A DNA stretch of 62,107 nucleotides from an uncultured Ktedonobacteraceae bacterium (GCA_964248005.1 CAXTWV010000003.1:1-62107); one strand, 5' to 3'; numbered from the stretch's first letter, positions 17,996-27,902 are shown. The notes: a model not told the origin generated them from the sequence alone. Made by a program: numbers and translations.

Positions 17996-19330
17996 CTATC
18001 CAGGAATAAGCACCATACCAGAATGTGGAGGAATCGAGAATGTCTGATTTACATGGTTTCCGTAGAGGTCTGCGTAGGTAGAGGCACTCGTTTTGACGGT
18101 GTAGGTGTTTGTATCGCTTGGGTTGACAACAACGATGCCATTACTATAATCGCGCCAGTAGACATTTTGTGAGAAGTACATTTCGCTATTCGGATTGCCT
18201 ATCTTCGCCTCATATTCACCGTACCGTCTATCAGCACCATAGTTTTGCGTGCCATTCGTGTTATTCGTAATGTATAGCGATGAATAATGCTCTTTACTCA
18301 TCAGATAAGATGCCAATGCCCACTGAATATCGTCTTGACTCAACGTATCAGACTTGAACTCGTTAGAAATATAATACGGCTTATGCTGTTGTATCTGTAC
18401 ACTTTTAATGAACTGAATTTCGTGCAACCAATTGCTTCCAGTTAAATAACCATTGCCATAATTGGTAAAGCCACCCTCATCAAGAATGCCATCAACGTGT
18501 GTCACAATCTGCGCAATAATAGGATCGCTGAGGGAAACGGGACCTGCACTCAGATTCGGTATGAGAGCAAGGGGATGTGGTAGTGCATGAAGTGCTGTTT
18601 GCATTGCTGTTACCCAGGTAAGGATATCGTTTTGCCATTGCTTGTCAAGCGTATCGCCGGTGTAACGTTGCACCCACTGTCCATTTTTATAGAAGCCGCA
18701 AGCTCCAAAGAGATTCTCCAGATTGAGATTGTCAGCAGCAATAGCGTCATAGCCATTTGTACTTGCTGGTTGAGCATATGTTTGCACTTGCCATTGCACC
18801 ACGGCGGGATTTGCAAAGTCGAGTGGAATGTTTGGATCACCATACTCTAGTGCAGGTGTTGTACGGTCACATTTGTACAATACCCAGTCAGGATGCGCAG
18901 ACTGCCAGTAGTTTACATCGTGCTGTTTACCAAGAGCGGGATTCGCAAAGGTGCCACCATCACGGTGAAAAGGAATATAGTAGCTAATAAACGCATTTGG
19001 ATTGCCAGTACGAAAGGCTGCGACCTTACTAGGAGTCGCTCCCCATACAAAGTCATAATAGCGTGCGATAGGATTAGGGTCATGAATATTATAGTCGAAA
19101 CTTTGAAAGAGATGAATATTATCCCAGGTGTCGGGAATTTGCCTTAAGCCGGGTGTATTACAAGTATTCTGACATGCAGGTATTGTAACGCTTATAGGAG
19201 TCGCAGTGGGAGAAACATTCACTTTTGTGTCGCTTTGAGGCCCAAATGGTACACAACCGCTGAATAAAAGGAATACAGGGAGTACTGCAAAAAATAGTAC
19301 TAATCGTTTCTCGAATGAACGCGCAAACAT
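17996..19330 (-). CDS. lipoprotein, putative polysaccharide hydrolase (GH114/GHL-like TIM-barrel pattern, weak)
   Basis: ORF 17996-19369 (GTG). The ATG at 19330 has GGAG 8 nt upstream and gives MFARSFEKRLVLFFAVLPVFLLFSGC (lipobox LFSGC). FISYYIPFHRDGG, NGYDAIAADNLNLEN and GILDEGGF loosely resemble GH114/GHL families. The function is an inference. Confidence 0.45.
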   Translation of the reverse strand: MFARSFEKRLVLFFAVLPVFLLFSGCVPFGPQSDTKVNVSPTATPISVTIPACQNTCNTPGLRQIPDTWDNIHLFQSFDYNIHDPNPIARYYDFVWGATPSKVAAFRTGNPNAFISYYIPFHRDGGTFANPALGKQHDVNYWQSAHPDWVLYKCDRTTPALEYGDPNIPLDFANPAVVQWQVQTYAQPASTNGYDAIAADNLNLENLFGACGFYKNGQWVQRYTGDTLDKQWQNDILTWVTAMQTALHALPHPLALIPNLSAGPVSLSDPIIAQIVTHVDGILDEGGFTNYGNGYLTGSNWLHEIQFIKSVQIQQHKPYYISNEFKSDTLSQDDIQWALASYLMSKEHYSSLYITNNTNGTQNYGADRRYGEYEAKIGNPNSEMYFSQNVYWRDYSNGIVVVNPSDTNTYTVKTSASTYADLYGNHVNQTFSIPPHSGMVLIPG

Positions 19331-19586
19331 TGGAAACACTCCTAAAACGTGTATAGAGAGGAACTTCACAAATATATTTACTTTTCAGTATCACCACAGT
19401 ATAAATAATTGACGCAAGTATAGCACACATCAAGTTCCAAGTCACTGTTCAAACCATAGGTAATCTGTTACAGTAGAGTTGCGTGGAACACTCTGTAGAC
19501 AGAAAGAAATGCGCACTTCATGTAGAGCCTTCTTCATTCTCCACGTAGTAGCTATACAAGATGAAGACGCAGAAAGAAGAATTACG

Positions 19587-20537
19587 ATGAAAGCAACATA
19601 TCTTGTGACGGGTGGTGCAGGCTTTATCGGCTCGCACATCGCTGAGACACTTCTTAAACAAGGACACGCTGTACGCATATTTGATAATCTTGCAACAGGT
19701 CGCACAAGCAATTTGAACGCACTACAAGGACACCGTGGGCAGGTAGAAATTGTTCATGGCGACTTGCAGAATGCAGAGGCCGTCAAAAACGCTGTTGCAG
19801 GCGTAGAGGTCGTGTTTCACCAAGGAGCACTAGCATCTGTGCCTCGTTCGATCTCTGACCCCACAACCTCACTAGAAACTAATATCAACGGCACACAACA
19901 TGTTCTCCTAGCCGCAAGGGATGCTGGTGTACGCCGTGTCGTCTACGCAAGTTCTTCATCGGTCTATGGAAATACACCGACACTTCCAAAGCATGAAGGC
20001 ATGCCAACAGCTCCTATGTCACCTTATGCGGTGCAAAAGCTTACAGGAGAACTCCTATGCGGCGTCTTCACACGAATTTATGGACTAGAAACAGTCGCAC
20101 TGCGCTACTTCAACGTCTTTGGGCCACGACAGGACCCAACATCAGAATATGCGGCAGTCATTCCTCGTTTTCTTACAGCAGCAATTCAACAGCAACGCCC
20201 GATTGTGTTCGGCGACGGAGAACAGACACGCGACTTTACCTATATTGAGAATGTTGTACAGGCAAACCTCCTGGCAGCCACCGCAACAAAAGCAGTTGGA
20301 GAGGCAATGAATATTGGATGCGGGACACTCATTTCACTCAACGGCGTTCTCCAGATGACAAGTGAACTGCTTCATAGAACGCTTGACATAGACTATCGAG
20401 ATGCTCGACCAGGAGATGTGCGGGACAGCCTAGCGGATATTAGCAAAGCGCGACAATTGCTTGACTATACTCCGACCATCTCTTTTAGGGAAGGACTGGA
20501 ACGAACACTTGCTTCGTTACGCACCAACGTAGTTTAG
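19587..20537 (+). CDS. NAD-dependent UDP-HexNAc(A) 4-epimerase (WbpP/TviC-like extended SDR)
   Basis: ORF 19479-20537, started at MKATYLVTGGAGFIGSH. YASSSSVYG. Catalytic SPYAVQK (YxxxK). RYFNVFGPRQDP..YAAVIPRF is typical of the WbpP/TviC group. Confidence 0.8.
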   Translation: MKATYLVTGGAGFIGSHIAETLLKQGHAVRIFDNLATGRTSNLNALQGHRGQVEIVHGDLQNAEAVKNAVAGVEVVFHQGALASVPRSISDPTTSLETNINGTQHVLLAARDAGVRRVVYASSSSVYGNTPTLPKHEGMPTAPMSPYAVQKLTGELLCGVFTRIYGLETVALRYFNVFGPRQDPTSEYAAVIPRFLTAAIQQQRPIVFGDGEQTRDFTYIENVVQANLLAATATKAVGEAMNIGCGTLISLNGVLQMTSELLHRTLDIDYRDARPGDVRDSLADISKARQLLDYTPTISFREGLERTLASLRTNVV

Positions 20538-20908
20538 CCAAGTTCTTTCAACGATACCTCATCTATATACGGAAGCCGAACTACCTCCTGTTCGAGCTTT
20601 CTATGCAGAAGAGCAGCATTAGACTGCTCAGCACAGGAGGCAATACGAGACGTATCGTTTGCCTCCCACTCCTTCCATGCTATCTCTACACGTTGTACAT
20701 GCGTTGTCAGAGAATGTTTTAACTCAATTCCCCGTTTATCTTGCTGGATTTCCCAGATTTGCTGCGAACGTTTCTGCACATTCTCCCACTCCACTTGATG
20801 CGCAGAAAATGTCCTAGAACGGCGTCTCTGCACGTAAAGTACAAATATAATACTCGTAACAGTTGCTACCAGTACAATAGTGCCAACAAGTAGGGCATAT
20901 TCACCCAT
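20534..20908 (-). CDS. hypothetical membrane-anchored coiled-coil protein
   Basis: N-terminal TM LLVGTIVLVATVTSIIFVLYV followed by charged helical sequence. Last gene of the degT-oxidoreductase operon. No recognisable family. Confidence 0.5.
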   Translation of the reverse strand: MGEYALLVGTIVLVATVTSIIFVLYVQRRRSRTFSAHQVEWENVQKRSQQIWEIQQDKRGIELKHSLTTHVQRVEIAWKEWEANDTSRIASCAEQSNAALLHRKLEQEVVRLPYIDEVSLKELG

Positions 20909-20936
20909 AACATATTCCTCAAAGAACTTCCGCTAT

Positions 20937-21941
20937 TTAATGAACAGGCACTGCAACGTTCAATCGCTCTTGTTTTTCGAGCGCATCCTGTGCTGCCGCC
21001 AACACATGTACTACAGCTAAACCCACTTCGCCATGCGCACGTGGCTGTGTGCCATTGCGGATAGCTGAAACAAAGTCTTCACATTCAAGCCGCAATGGTT
21101 CAATCCAGTCAATGTGTGGAATGGTAATCGCACCATAACGATAAGATACAACTGGATCAGCGTCAACATCAGCACCTTTGTTATAAACTTTTATCATCTC
21201 CGATGGATTTGTGTCATCATACACCACCATACGTGCATCTCCGATAATTGTCACACGACGAATTTTGCAGGGATGAAGCCAACTCACGTGAATATGTGCA
21301 TTCATGCCATCAGCATAGCTTAAATCGAGATGTGCAATATCGTGAATGTTCGGTTGAAGATGGGCATTTGCTTGTACTTTAATCTGCTCTGGAGCTTTCC
21401 CGAAAAGATATAAAAGTATCGATACATCGTGTGGCGCGAGGTCCCAAATCACATTGATGTCGTTACGAAATAATCCTAAGTTCACGCGTTCGGTCTCAAC
21501 ACAGTATATTTTCCCCAGTTCACCACTTTGTACCAACTTACGCAATTCATTCACGGCGGGACTATACTCAAAGGTATGTCCTACCATCAATACACGATCC
21601 TGCTGCCGCGCAAGTGCAATTAAGTCTTCAGCCTCCGCAACGCTGGCTGTAAGAGGTTTCTCGACAAGGACATGCTTTCCATGCAGCAATGCCTCTCGTG
21701 CAAGACGATAGTGCGTTCGCACAGGGGTTGCAATCACAACGGCGTCAACAGTGTTTGAAAGAAACATGTCTTGCACTTGCGTTGTCAATTGCACGCCAGA
21801 AACTTTTGTAGCGGAAGAAAGACGACGTACATCAGTGTCCGCAATCATTGTCACTTCGGCATGTGGTAAGCTTTCCAGGTTACGCGCAATCTTTGGTCCC
21901 CAGTATCCCCACCCAATAATACCAAAACGTGTATTTGTCAT
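20937..21941 (-). CDS. Gfo/Idh/MocA family oxidoreductase (WbpB-like sugar-nucleotide 3-dehydrogenase candidate)
   Basis: Rossmann FGIIGWGYWGPKIARN. LVEKPL motif. Immediately downstream of a DegT aminotransferase, as in WbpB/WbpE pairs. Confidence 0.8.
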   Translation of the reverse strand: MTNTRFGIIGWGYWGPKIARNLESLPHAEVTMIADTDVRRLSSATKVSGVQLTTQVQDMFLSNTVDAVVIATPVRTHYRLAREALLHGKHVLVEKPLTASVAEAEDLIALARQQDRVLMVGHTFEYSPAVNELRKLVQSGELGKIYCVETERVNLGLFRNDINVIWDLAPHDVSILLYLFGKAPEQIKVQANAHLQPNIHDIAHLDLSYADGMNAHIHVSWLHPCKIRRVTIIGDARMVVYDDTNPSEMIKVYNKGADVDADPVVSYRYGAITIPHIDWIEPLRLECEDFVSAIRNGTQPRAHGEVGLAVVHVLAAAQDALEKQERLNVAVPVH

Positions 21942-21992
21942 CCTTTTATAATTCCTTTATTGCTTCCTTGTGCATGTCATATTTCCTCTATC

Positions 21993-23126
21993 TTATCTTA
22001 CCTTTGACACGCTCGACACTACATGTTTCTTCACAGCACTCACCACAAATTGTCGCTGCTCCTCAGTCATTTCGGGATACATTGGAAGCGAGATAATACG
22101 TTCTGCTAACGCTTCCGTGTGTGGTAATAAGCCTCGTGAATAGCCATAGTGAGCGGCGGCACGCTGCAAGTGAATAGGAATAGGATAATGAATAGTTGTT
22201 CCAATGCCCTCCTGTTCCATAGCAACACGGAATGCATTACGCTCAGGCACCCGTATTACATAGTAGCAATAGACATGTGTACCCCAAGGCTTTACCACAG
22301 GAACGGCTTCAACGAAGTCGCGCAATTGCTCATTATATGCCGCGGCATGGGCTTTGCGGGCAGCATTCCATTGTTCTATATAGGGCATTTTTATATTCAG
22401 AACTGCGGCTTGTAATTCGTCAAGGCGTGCGTTAACGCCCATTACCTCGTGATGGTATTTTTCGCGCGAACCATGATCGCGAAACATACGCATTCTCTCT
22501 GCCAAAAAAGCATCATTTGTTGTACAAATACCCGCCTCACCAAATGCCCCAAGATTTTTACTATAATATAGACTAAAGCACCCGATGTCACCAAAACTCC
22601 CAACGCGTTGACCCATATAGGTTGCACCGTGCGCTTGCGACGCGTCTTCAATGACACGTAAATTATGTGCATGTGCGATATCCATGATGGGTTGCATTTC
22701 TACAGCATGTCCGTAGAGGTGAACAGGCATAATAGCACGAGTACGAGCAGTGATAGCAGCCTCTAGCAACCGCCAGTCCATCAAATAGGTTTCAGGATCA
22801 ATGTCAACAAAGACGGGTTTTGCACCGACCATTGCAATAGCTTCCGCAGTTGCGATAAAGGTGTTTGAGACAGTGATTACTTCATCACCAGGACCAATGT
22901 CACAAGCGCGTAGTGCTAAAGCAAGAGCATCGGTACCCGATGAATTACCGACACCGTACTGGCATCCACAATATGATGCAAATGAATGCTCAAATGCATG
23001 TAACTGTGGTCCTAGAAAAAGGTGCATACTCTCAAGTACCTCTTCAAAGGCAGCTATAATTTCTGGTTTAAGGGCGATGTATTGTGCGCGTAAATCAACA
23101 AGAGGCACTTTTAAGGATGATGCCAC
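21993..23126 (-). CDS. DegT/DnrJ/EryC1/StrS family PLP-dependent sugar aminotransferase
   Basis: ORF 21993-23267. I favour the GTG at 23126 (AAGGAG 7 nt upstream), giving VASSLKVPLVDLRAQY. GDEVITVSNTFIAT. PLP-Lys region FSLYYSKNLGAFGEAG. Confidence 0.85.
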   Translation of the reverse strand: MASSLKVPLVDLRAQYIALKPEIIAAFEEVLESMHLFLGPQLHAFEHSFASYCGCQYGVGNSSGTDALALALRACDIGPGDEVITVSNTFIATAEAIAMVGAKPVFVDIDPETYLMDWRLLEAAITARTRAIMPVHLYGHAVEMQPIMDIAHAHNLRVIEDASQAHGATYMGQRVGSFGDIGCFSLYYSKNLGAFGEAGICTTNDAFLAERMRMFRDHGSREKYHHEVMGVNARLDELQAAVLNIKMPYIEQWNAARKAHAAAYNEQLRDFVEAVPVVKPWGTHVYCYYVIRVPERNAFRVAMEQEGIGTTIHYPIPIHLQRAAAHYGYSRGLLPHTEALAERIISLPMYPEMTEEQRQFVVSAVKKHVVSSVSKVR

Positions 23127-23429
23127 GTTGCCACTCCTTCTACTAGACAATAGGAAATACTCATACTGCCCCCACATCGTATCACTTGCAGGTAGCCACA
23201 CTATAACAAGATAGGTAGAAAATAGGTTAAGCTTAGCTTCTTGAGTAGAGAAGACGTAACCTGACAAAAATTAAATGTGCTCATTTTTTTACCCTGTTCC
23301 AAACTCTTCACCATATCTCCATGGTATTGCTCACCAGTTCTGCACCTACTTCACGTATCATAGTGAGTGTGGCTACAAGGAAGTGTGTAGCAGGGGGGAA
23401 AGCTAACAATCCAACTGGGGAGGGAACAC

Positions 23430-24104
23430 ATGGCTGTTCAGACAGCTTCAATCGAGGCAATCAGCATCCGCACAAGTTATCTCAAGTGGAAACGTGTGCT
23501 AGATTTTGCGTTTACACTGCTTATTTCACCATTCGTTCTGCTTGTATGTATCGTTATTGCGCTCTGTATTAAACTAGGCTCAGAAGGCCCTATTTTCTAT
23601 CGTCAGAAGCGTATTGGGCAAGATGGGGCGGAATTTGAAATGCTCAAGTTTCGTTCGATGTATACAAACAGCGATGCAGCTGCTCATCGTGAAAAGATTA
23701 TGAAGTATATGAGCGGAGAGAAATTAAATGAAGATGGTACAGGCAAGCTCGCGTATAAAGATGCGAAAGACCCGCGTATCACCCCGATAGGACGTTTCAT
23801 TCGTAAGACAAGCTTGGACGAACTCCCACAGTTTTTGAATGTGCTACGCGGCGAGATGACGCTTGTTGGTCCACGCCCACCTCTGCCTTTTGAGGTTGAG
23901 ATGTATAGTTTACGCGATTGGTTGCGTCTTTCGGGAAAGCCTGGTTTGACGGGTACGTGGCAGGTTTATGGACGCTCACGTGTCACGTTTCAAAATATGG
24001 TCGAGATGGATATCGAGTACTTACAAGATCAGTCACTCTGGAAAGATATCAAGCTCATTGCACTGACAGTACCCGTTATGATCTTTGCTCGTGGTGGTGC
24101 GTAA
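23430..24104 (+). CDS. small monotopic phosphoglycosyl transferase (bacterial sugar transferase, PglC/WbaP C-terminal type), priming enzyme
   Basis: WKRVLDFAFTLLISPFVLLVCIVIALCI (reentrant helix). FRSMY. DELPQFLNVLRGEMTLVGPRPP. Confidence 0.85.
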   Translation: MAVQTASIEAISIRTSYLKWKRVLDFAFTLLISPFVLLVCIVIALCIKLGSEGPIFYRQKRIGQDGAEFEMLKFRSMYTNSDAAAHREKIMKYMSGEKLNEDGTGKLAYKDAKDPRITPIGRFIRKTSLDELPQFLNVLRGEMTLVGPRPPLPFEVEMYSLRDWLRLSGKPGLTGTWQVYGRSRVTFQNMVEMDIEYLQDQSLWKDIKLIALTVPVMIFARGGA

Positions 24105-24149
24105 CAACGAGCAAAGACATTTTTACCACGATGTAACTAATAATGCCTA

Positions 24150-24575
24150 TTACTTCGCATCGTATGACAGCAATGGTAGCAATGAATGTAACAGAAGAGG
24201 GTGTAATAGAGGATTGTTCCTCTTGACACTCTCTTTATGGCTTTCTGACCACTCAGCGCGTTGGAGGAGCAAACGCATACGTTCAGGCTCGATGTGTACT
24301 GGAAAAATAGCACAACCTGTTTGTTGACGAAGATACATAACTATACGCTCATTGTGTACTCCTGTGAGGGCAACTGTTAGTATTCCGCGCTTTCCCCCAA
24401 CAACAATACATCGGTAACGCTTCATTATCTGTATAGGCAGCAAATGTCGATACCGTGGATCAATACGGCGCAGTGTGTAAAGGCGTGGTATAAATTCTCG
24501 CTTCTCTTCTTCACCTCTTATAGGAGCAGTCCTTGCTCTATATTCTAATGGACACGATGTTTGTCTTTTCCCCAT
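24150..24575 (-). CDS. small protein with T2SSE_N/MshEN-like domain
   Basis: ORF 24150-24731. The ATG at 24575 has AAGGGA upstream. LLPIQIMKRYRCIVVGGKRGILTVALTGVHNERIVMYLRQQTGCAIFPVHIEPERMRLLLQR follows the pattern of the N-terminal domain of GspE/PilB/MshE ATPases. No ATPase domain is present. Confidence 0.5.
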   Translation of the reverse strand: MGKRQTSCPLEYRARTAPIRGEEEKREFIPRLYTLRRIDPRYRHLLPIQIMKRYRCIVVGGKRGILTVALTGVHNERIVMYLRQQTGCAIFPVHIEPERMRLLLQRAEWSESHKESVKRNNPLLHPLLLHSLLPLLSYDAK

Positions 24576-24762
24576 TCTTGTATCCCTTCGTGCATCCTTG
24601 AGTAACGTTTTTCCCTTGTGACAAGTGTACGTAAAGCAGGTGCAGATGAGATGTTCATGATGAGAAAGAAATGGTGATAAAAAGGTTGAAGAGGTAAAGA
24701 TTTTAACGCAATTTAAGCGTGAGAAAGACATGTCTTCCCACGCTTAGAAACAGATGGTAGTG

Positions 24763-25497
24763 TTATAAAGAAACAACACGAAGAGGACGTGTAGCTTCTT
24801 CGACCTCCTCAGCAGAACGGCGAATCATAGTATATCCTACGCCAGGAACGGTCAAGATATATCGTGGACTACTTGGATCAGGTTCTACTTTTTGGCGTAA
24901 ATGACGCACATGAGCCTTAATTAAGCCTGCATCTCCTTCTGTATCATAGCCCCATACGTGAGTGACAATCTGATTCGCGGTACATACATCATTTGCATTC
25001 ACAGCAAGAAGATGAAGCAATTTACTCTCAGTTGGTGTCAGACGTGCGGTTTTTCCGTGAATAGTGACTTCATTGTGCAGTGAATCAACATGTACAGGTC
25101 CAACGGTCACTATGGATGAGGGATGCTGCTCCAAAGTTGAGCGTGCTCTACGGCTTACCGCACGAATGCGTGCCAGAAGTTGAGATGGGAAAAAAGGTTT
25201 ACGTAAATAATCATCAGCACCAGCATCTAAACATCGAACCTCATCTTGCACATCTTTGCCATCTGTGACGACTAAAATGAGCGCATCATGCTTCATACGT
25301 AGGTCCCGACACATAGCTAATGTGTCTATGCCTTTGAGGGATGTATCAAGAATAACAAGATCAGGCTTACGCTCTAACCACTCAATCTTGGCACGATCTG
25401 CCGTATATGCACGATAGACTTCATAACCGAGCGTTTTCAACCAGCTTGTGAGCATTTCAACAAGGTCACGGTCACTGTCGATGACGAGTAGTTTCAT
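24763..25497 (-). CDS. OmpR-family two-component response regulator
   Basis: REC domain (MKLLVIDSD, DLVILDT, LRKPF) plus a C-terminal winged helix (RLTPTESKLLHLL, YILTVPGVGY). Confidence 0.9.
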   Translation of the reverse strand: MKLLVIDSDRDLVEMLTSWLKTLGYEVYRAYTADRAKIEWLERKPDLVILDTSLKGIDTLAMCRDLRMKHDALILVVTDGKDVQDEVRCLDAGADDYLRKPFFPSQLLARIRAVSRRARSTLEQHPSSIVTVGPVHVDSLHNEVTIHGKTARLTPTESKLLHLLAVNANDVCTANQIVTHVWGYDTEGDAGLIKAHVRHLRQKVEPDPSSPRYILTVPGVGYTMIRRSAEEVEEATRPLRVVSL

Positions 25498-25959
25498 CGT
25501 ATTTCCCCTCTACCGATTGATCGCCATACTGTATTTTTCATAACAAAAGACTCTACAACCTATACTATGTACGATAAGGAACGTAACATTTTGACACATT
25601 CAGTAGCGTTCCTTTTCTTCCACAATTCTACAGTTTTATTGTTAGCAAGCCAGAGATGGATACTATAGACATATGCATATCTTCTAATATGAAGAACGAG
25701 AGGCAACACACGAAGTATCTCAACGCCAAAAACACTATAATGCAAATGATTTTCGTAGGACTATTGGTAAGTTCTATGCTTTTTGCGTTTGTTGTCCTAA
25801 AAGAACTATAAACTACTAATGAGTAATTTTCAATGCTCAGAGCGGTATTTCTTCACATTTTGGAGACAAAAGCGAAATTCACATCGAGGTTTTTTCTTAA
25901 GGAAGTGCGATTTTCTGTATCACACTTCCTCAGCCATCATTGTATGTAAACTATAGTAC

Positions 25960-26421
25960 TTACTGGGCAGTCATAAGCAAGGCAACGCCGATACCCAAGA
26001 GAGCACCAACAAATACCTGGATTGGTGTATGCCCGATAAGTTCGCGCAATCGCTTCTCCGCCATTGGACTTCCCTGAAATGCTTCTTCAATCATTTGATT
26101 GAGGATACGGGCCTGAATACTTACCGCTCGACGCACGCCAGCGGCATCGTACATAACAATACTCGCAATGACCACAGCAATAGCAAACGATGCTGAGCTT
26201 AGCCCCATAACACGACCTGTAGCAGTTGCAAGTCCTGTTACCAGTGCCGAGTGGGAGCTTGGCATACCACCAGAAGAGACCAGACGGCTCAGGATGAGCT
26301 TACGTTGCCGAAACAAATCAAGAATCGTTTTAGAGACCTGTGCAACAGCCCAAGCAACAAAAGACGAAAGGAGAATACGGTTGTCCAGCAATGAATTTTG
26401 CAATATAGCCGTCCTTTTCAA
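25960..26421 (-). CDS. divergent PAP2 family protein (DUF212)
   Basis: Hallmark SGGMPSSHSALV in a 4-TM, 153-aa protein. 4-nt overlap with xseB. Confidence 0.8.
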   Translation of the reverse strand: MKRTAILQNSLLDNRILLSSFVAWAVAQVSKTILDLFRQRKLILSRLVSSGGMPSSHSALVTGLATATGRVMGLSSASFAIAVVIASIVMYDAAGVRRAVSIQARILNQMIEEAFQGSPMAEKRLRELIGHTPIQVFVGALLGIGVALLMTAQ

Positions 26422-26639
26422 ATTTCGATTGGTTGTATATTCAGTGTGCCATCGCCCGATACACTGAGTTGCTGAACAGATAGCTCGGCTTTTTGTAGCA
26501 GTGCATCACAATGCTGTGCCAATTTCATGCCTTCCTCGTAGTATTGTAAGGCACGCTCAAGCGGAAGTTTGCCATCTTGCAATGCTGTAACAGCTGCTTC
26601 CAATTGCTCAAAAGCTTCTTCGTATGATAATGATTCCAT
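26418..26639 (-). CDS. xseB: exodeoxyribonuclease VII small subunit
   Basis: 73 aa. SYEEAFEQLEAAVTALQDGKLPLERALQYYEEGMKLAQHC is the typical XseB helical hairpin. Lies downstream of xseA. Confidence 0.85.
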   Translation of the reverse strand: MESLSYEEAFEQLEAAVTALQDGKLPLERALQYYEEGMKLAQHCDALLQKAELSVQQLSVSGDGTLNIQPIEI

Positions 26640-26674
26640 GCTGCTTCCCCCCCCCTTTATAGTAAAGAGTTTTG

Positions 26675-27898
26675 TTATTCAGGTAGAGGACGAACTTCGA
26701 CTGGAATGCGTCCGTCTTGAACCTGGATTGTAAGTGTTTCACCCGGTAGAACTTGATGTACACGTGTGACAATTGTTTGATTACTCTCTCGCCTGACAAC
26801 TGCATAGCCACGGGCAATCGTGAGGAGAGGACTTAGCGAATGTAGCTGTAGAGCAACACCACGCATATGTTCGCGTCGCAAAGCAAGCGTATGTTGCATA
26901 CGTCCCCGCAAACGTTCTATTGTATCATCTAGTTGTTGACGCCGATTGTCGATTGACGTGAGAGGGCTAGCACGCTGTAAGTCGCGTCGCAGGCGTTCAA
27001 GTTGTTCGCCCAGATCGTAGAGGTGTTCTTCCATTCCGTCATAAAGTATCTGTTGTTTTTCGTGTATATCGATGCGCCACTCCGCGATATCTGGGACAGC
27101 GGCAGTCGCGGCTGCGGTTGGAGTTGAGGCGCGATGGTCCGCGACGAAATCGGCAATGGTAAAATCGGTTTCATGTCCAACGCCACTAATGACAGGAATA
27201 CGCGAACGAGCAATAGCGCGTGCAACCACTTCTTCGTTGAAAGCCCATAGCTCTTCAATAGAGCCACCGCCACGTCCGACGATCACCACATCAGCTTCGC
27301 CATGCTCATTTAACAAATCTAGTGCCGCCGCGATTGAAGTAGGAGCTTCGGCCCCTTGCACGAGTGATGGAGACAAAATAACGGACGCAAGGGGATAGCG
27401 AGTACGTAACACACGCACCATATCACGGAGAGCGGCTGCTTGTGGTGAGGTAACAATACCGATGATGGCTGGTTGAAGAGGAAGGGAGCGTTTGCGTTCT
27501 GCATCAAAAAGACCTTCAGCGGCTAATTGCGCTTTCAGTTGTTCAAAACGTCGGAAAAGCACGCCTTCTCCCAGAAGTTTGACAGCATCAACATAGAATT
27601 GTAGTTTGCCATCTCGCTCATAAAAGGCAACACGCCCATTAATAGCTACCGCCATACCATCATGTAGAGTAGGAGCGGATGAGCGTAGCCGTGACTGCTT
27701 AAAGAATATGCATGAAAGCTGTGCATCACCCTCTTTCAACGTAAAATAGCAGTGTCCAGAGCCATACGTCTTACAGTTAGAAATCTCTCCATGGACCCAG
27801 ATATTCTGTAAGATATCATTTCGCTCCATCAGTTCTCGTAAATAGAGCGCGAGTTCTGAGACACTGACGATTGAAGAGGTCTCTGAATAGTCGAGCAT
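26675..27898 (-). CDS. xseA: exodeoxyribonuclease VII large subunit
   Basis: N-terminal OB fold VSVSELALYLRELME..IWVHGEISNCKTYGSGHCYFTLKE. Catalytic core VIVGRGGGSIEELWAFNEE. Confidence 0.9.
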   Translation of the reverse strand: MLDYSETSSIVSVSELALYLRELMERNDILQNIWVHGEISNCKTYGSGHCYFTLKEGDAQLSCIFFKQSRLRSSAPTLHDGMAVAINGRVAFYERDGKLQFYVDAVKLLGEGVLFRRFEQLKAQLAAEGLFDAERKRSLPLQPAIIGIVTSPQAAALRDMVRVLRTRYPLASVILSPSLVQGAEAPTSIAAALDLLNEHGEADVVIVGRGGGSIEELWAFNEEVVARAIARSRIPVISGVGHETDFTIADFVADHRASTPTAAATAAVPDIAEWRIDIHEKQQILYDGMEEHLYDLGEQLERLRRDLQRASPLTSIDNRRQQLDDTIERLRGRMQHTLALRREHMRGVALQLHSLSPLLTIARGYAVVRRESNQTIVTRVHQVLPGETLTIQVQDGRIPVEVRPLPE

Positions 27899-27902
27899 AC
27901 GC

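Noticed and set aside
25560-25745. 61-aa minus-strand ORF in the same intergenic region
   Set aside because: Unnatural composition, no SD and no family resemblance.
25740-25811. 23-codon hydrophobic micro-ORF (MQMIFVGLLVSSMLFAFVVLKEL) in the 460-bp gap upstream of the response regulator, possibly a type I toxin or leader peptide
   Set aside because: There is no SD, no convincing promoter and no flanking antisense RNA structure. It lies in AT-rich DNA where such ORFs arise by chance. It cannot be supported from sequence alone.
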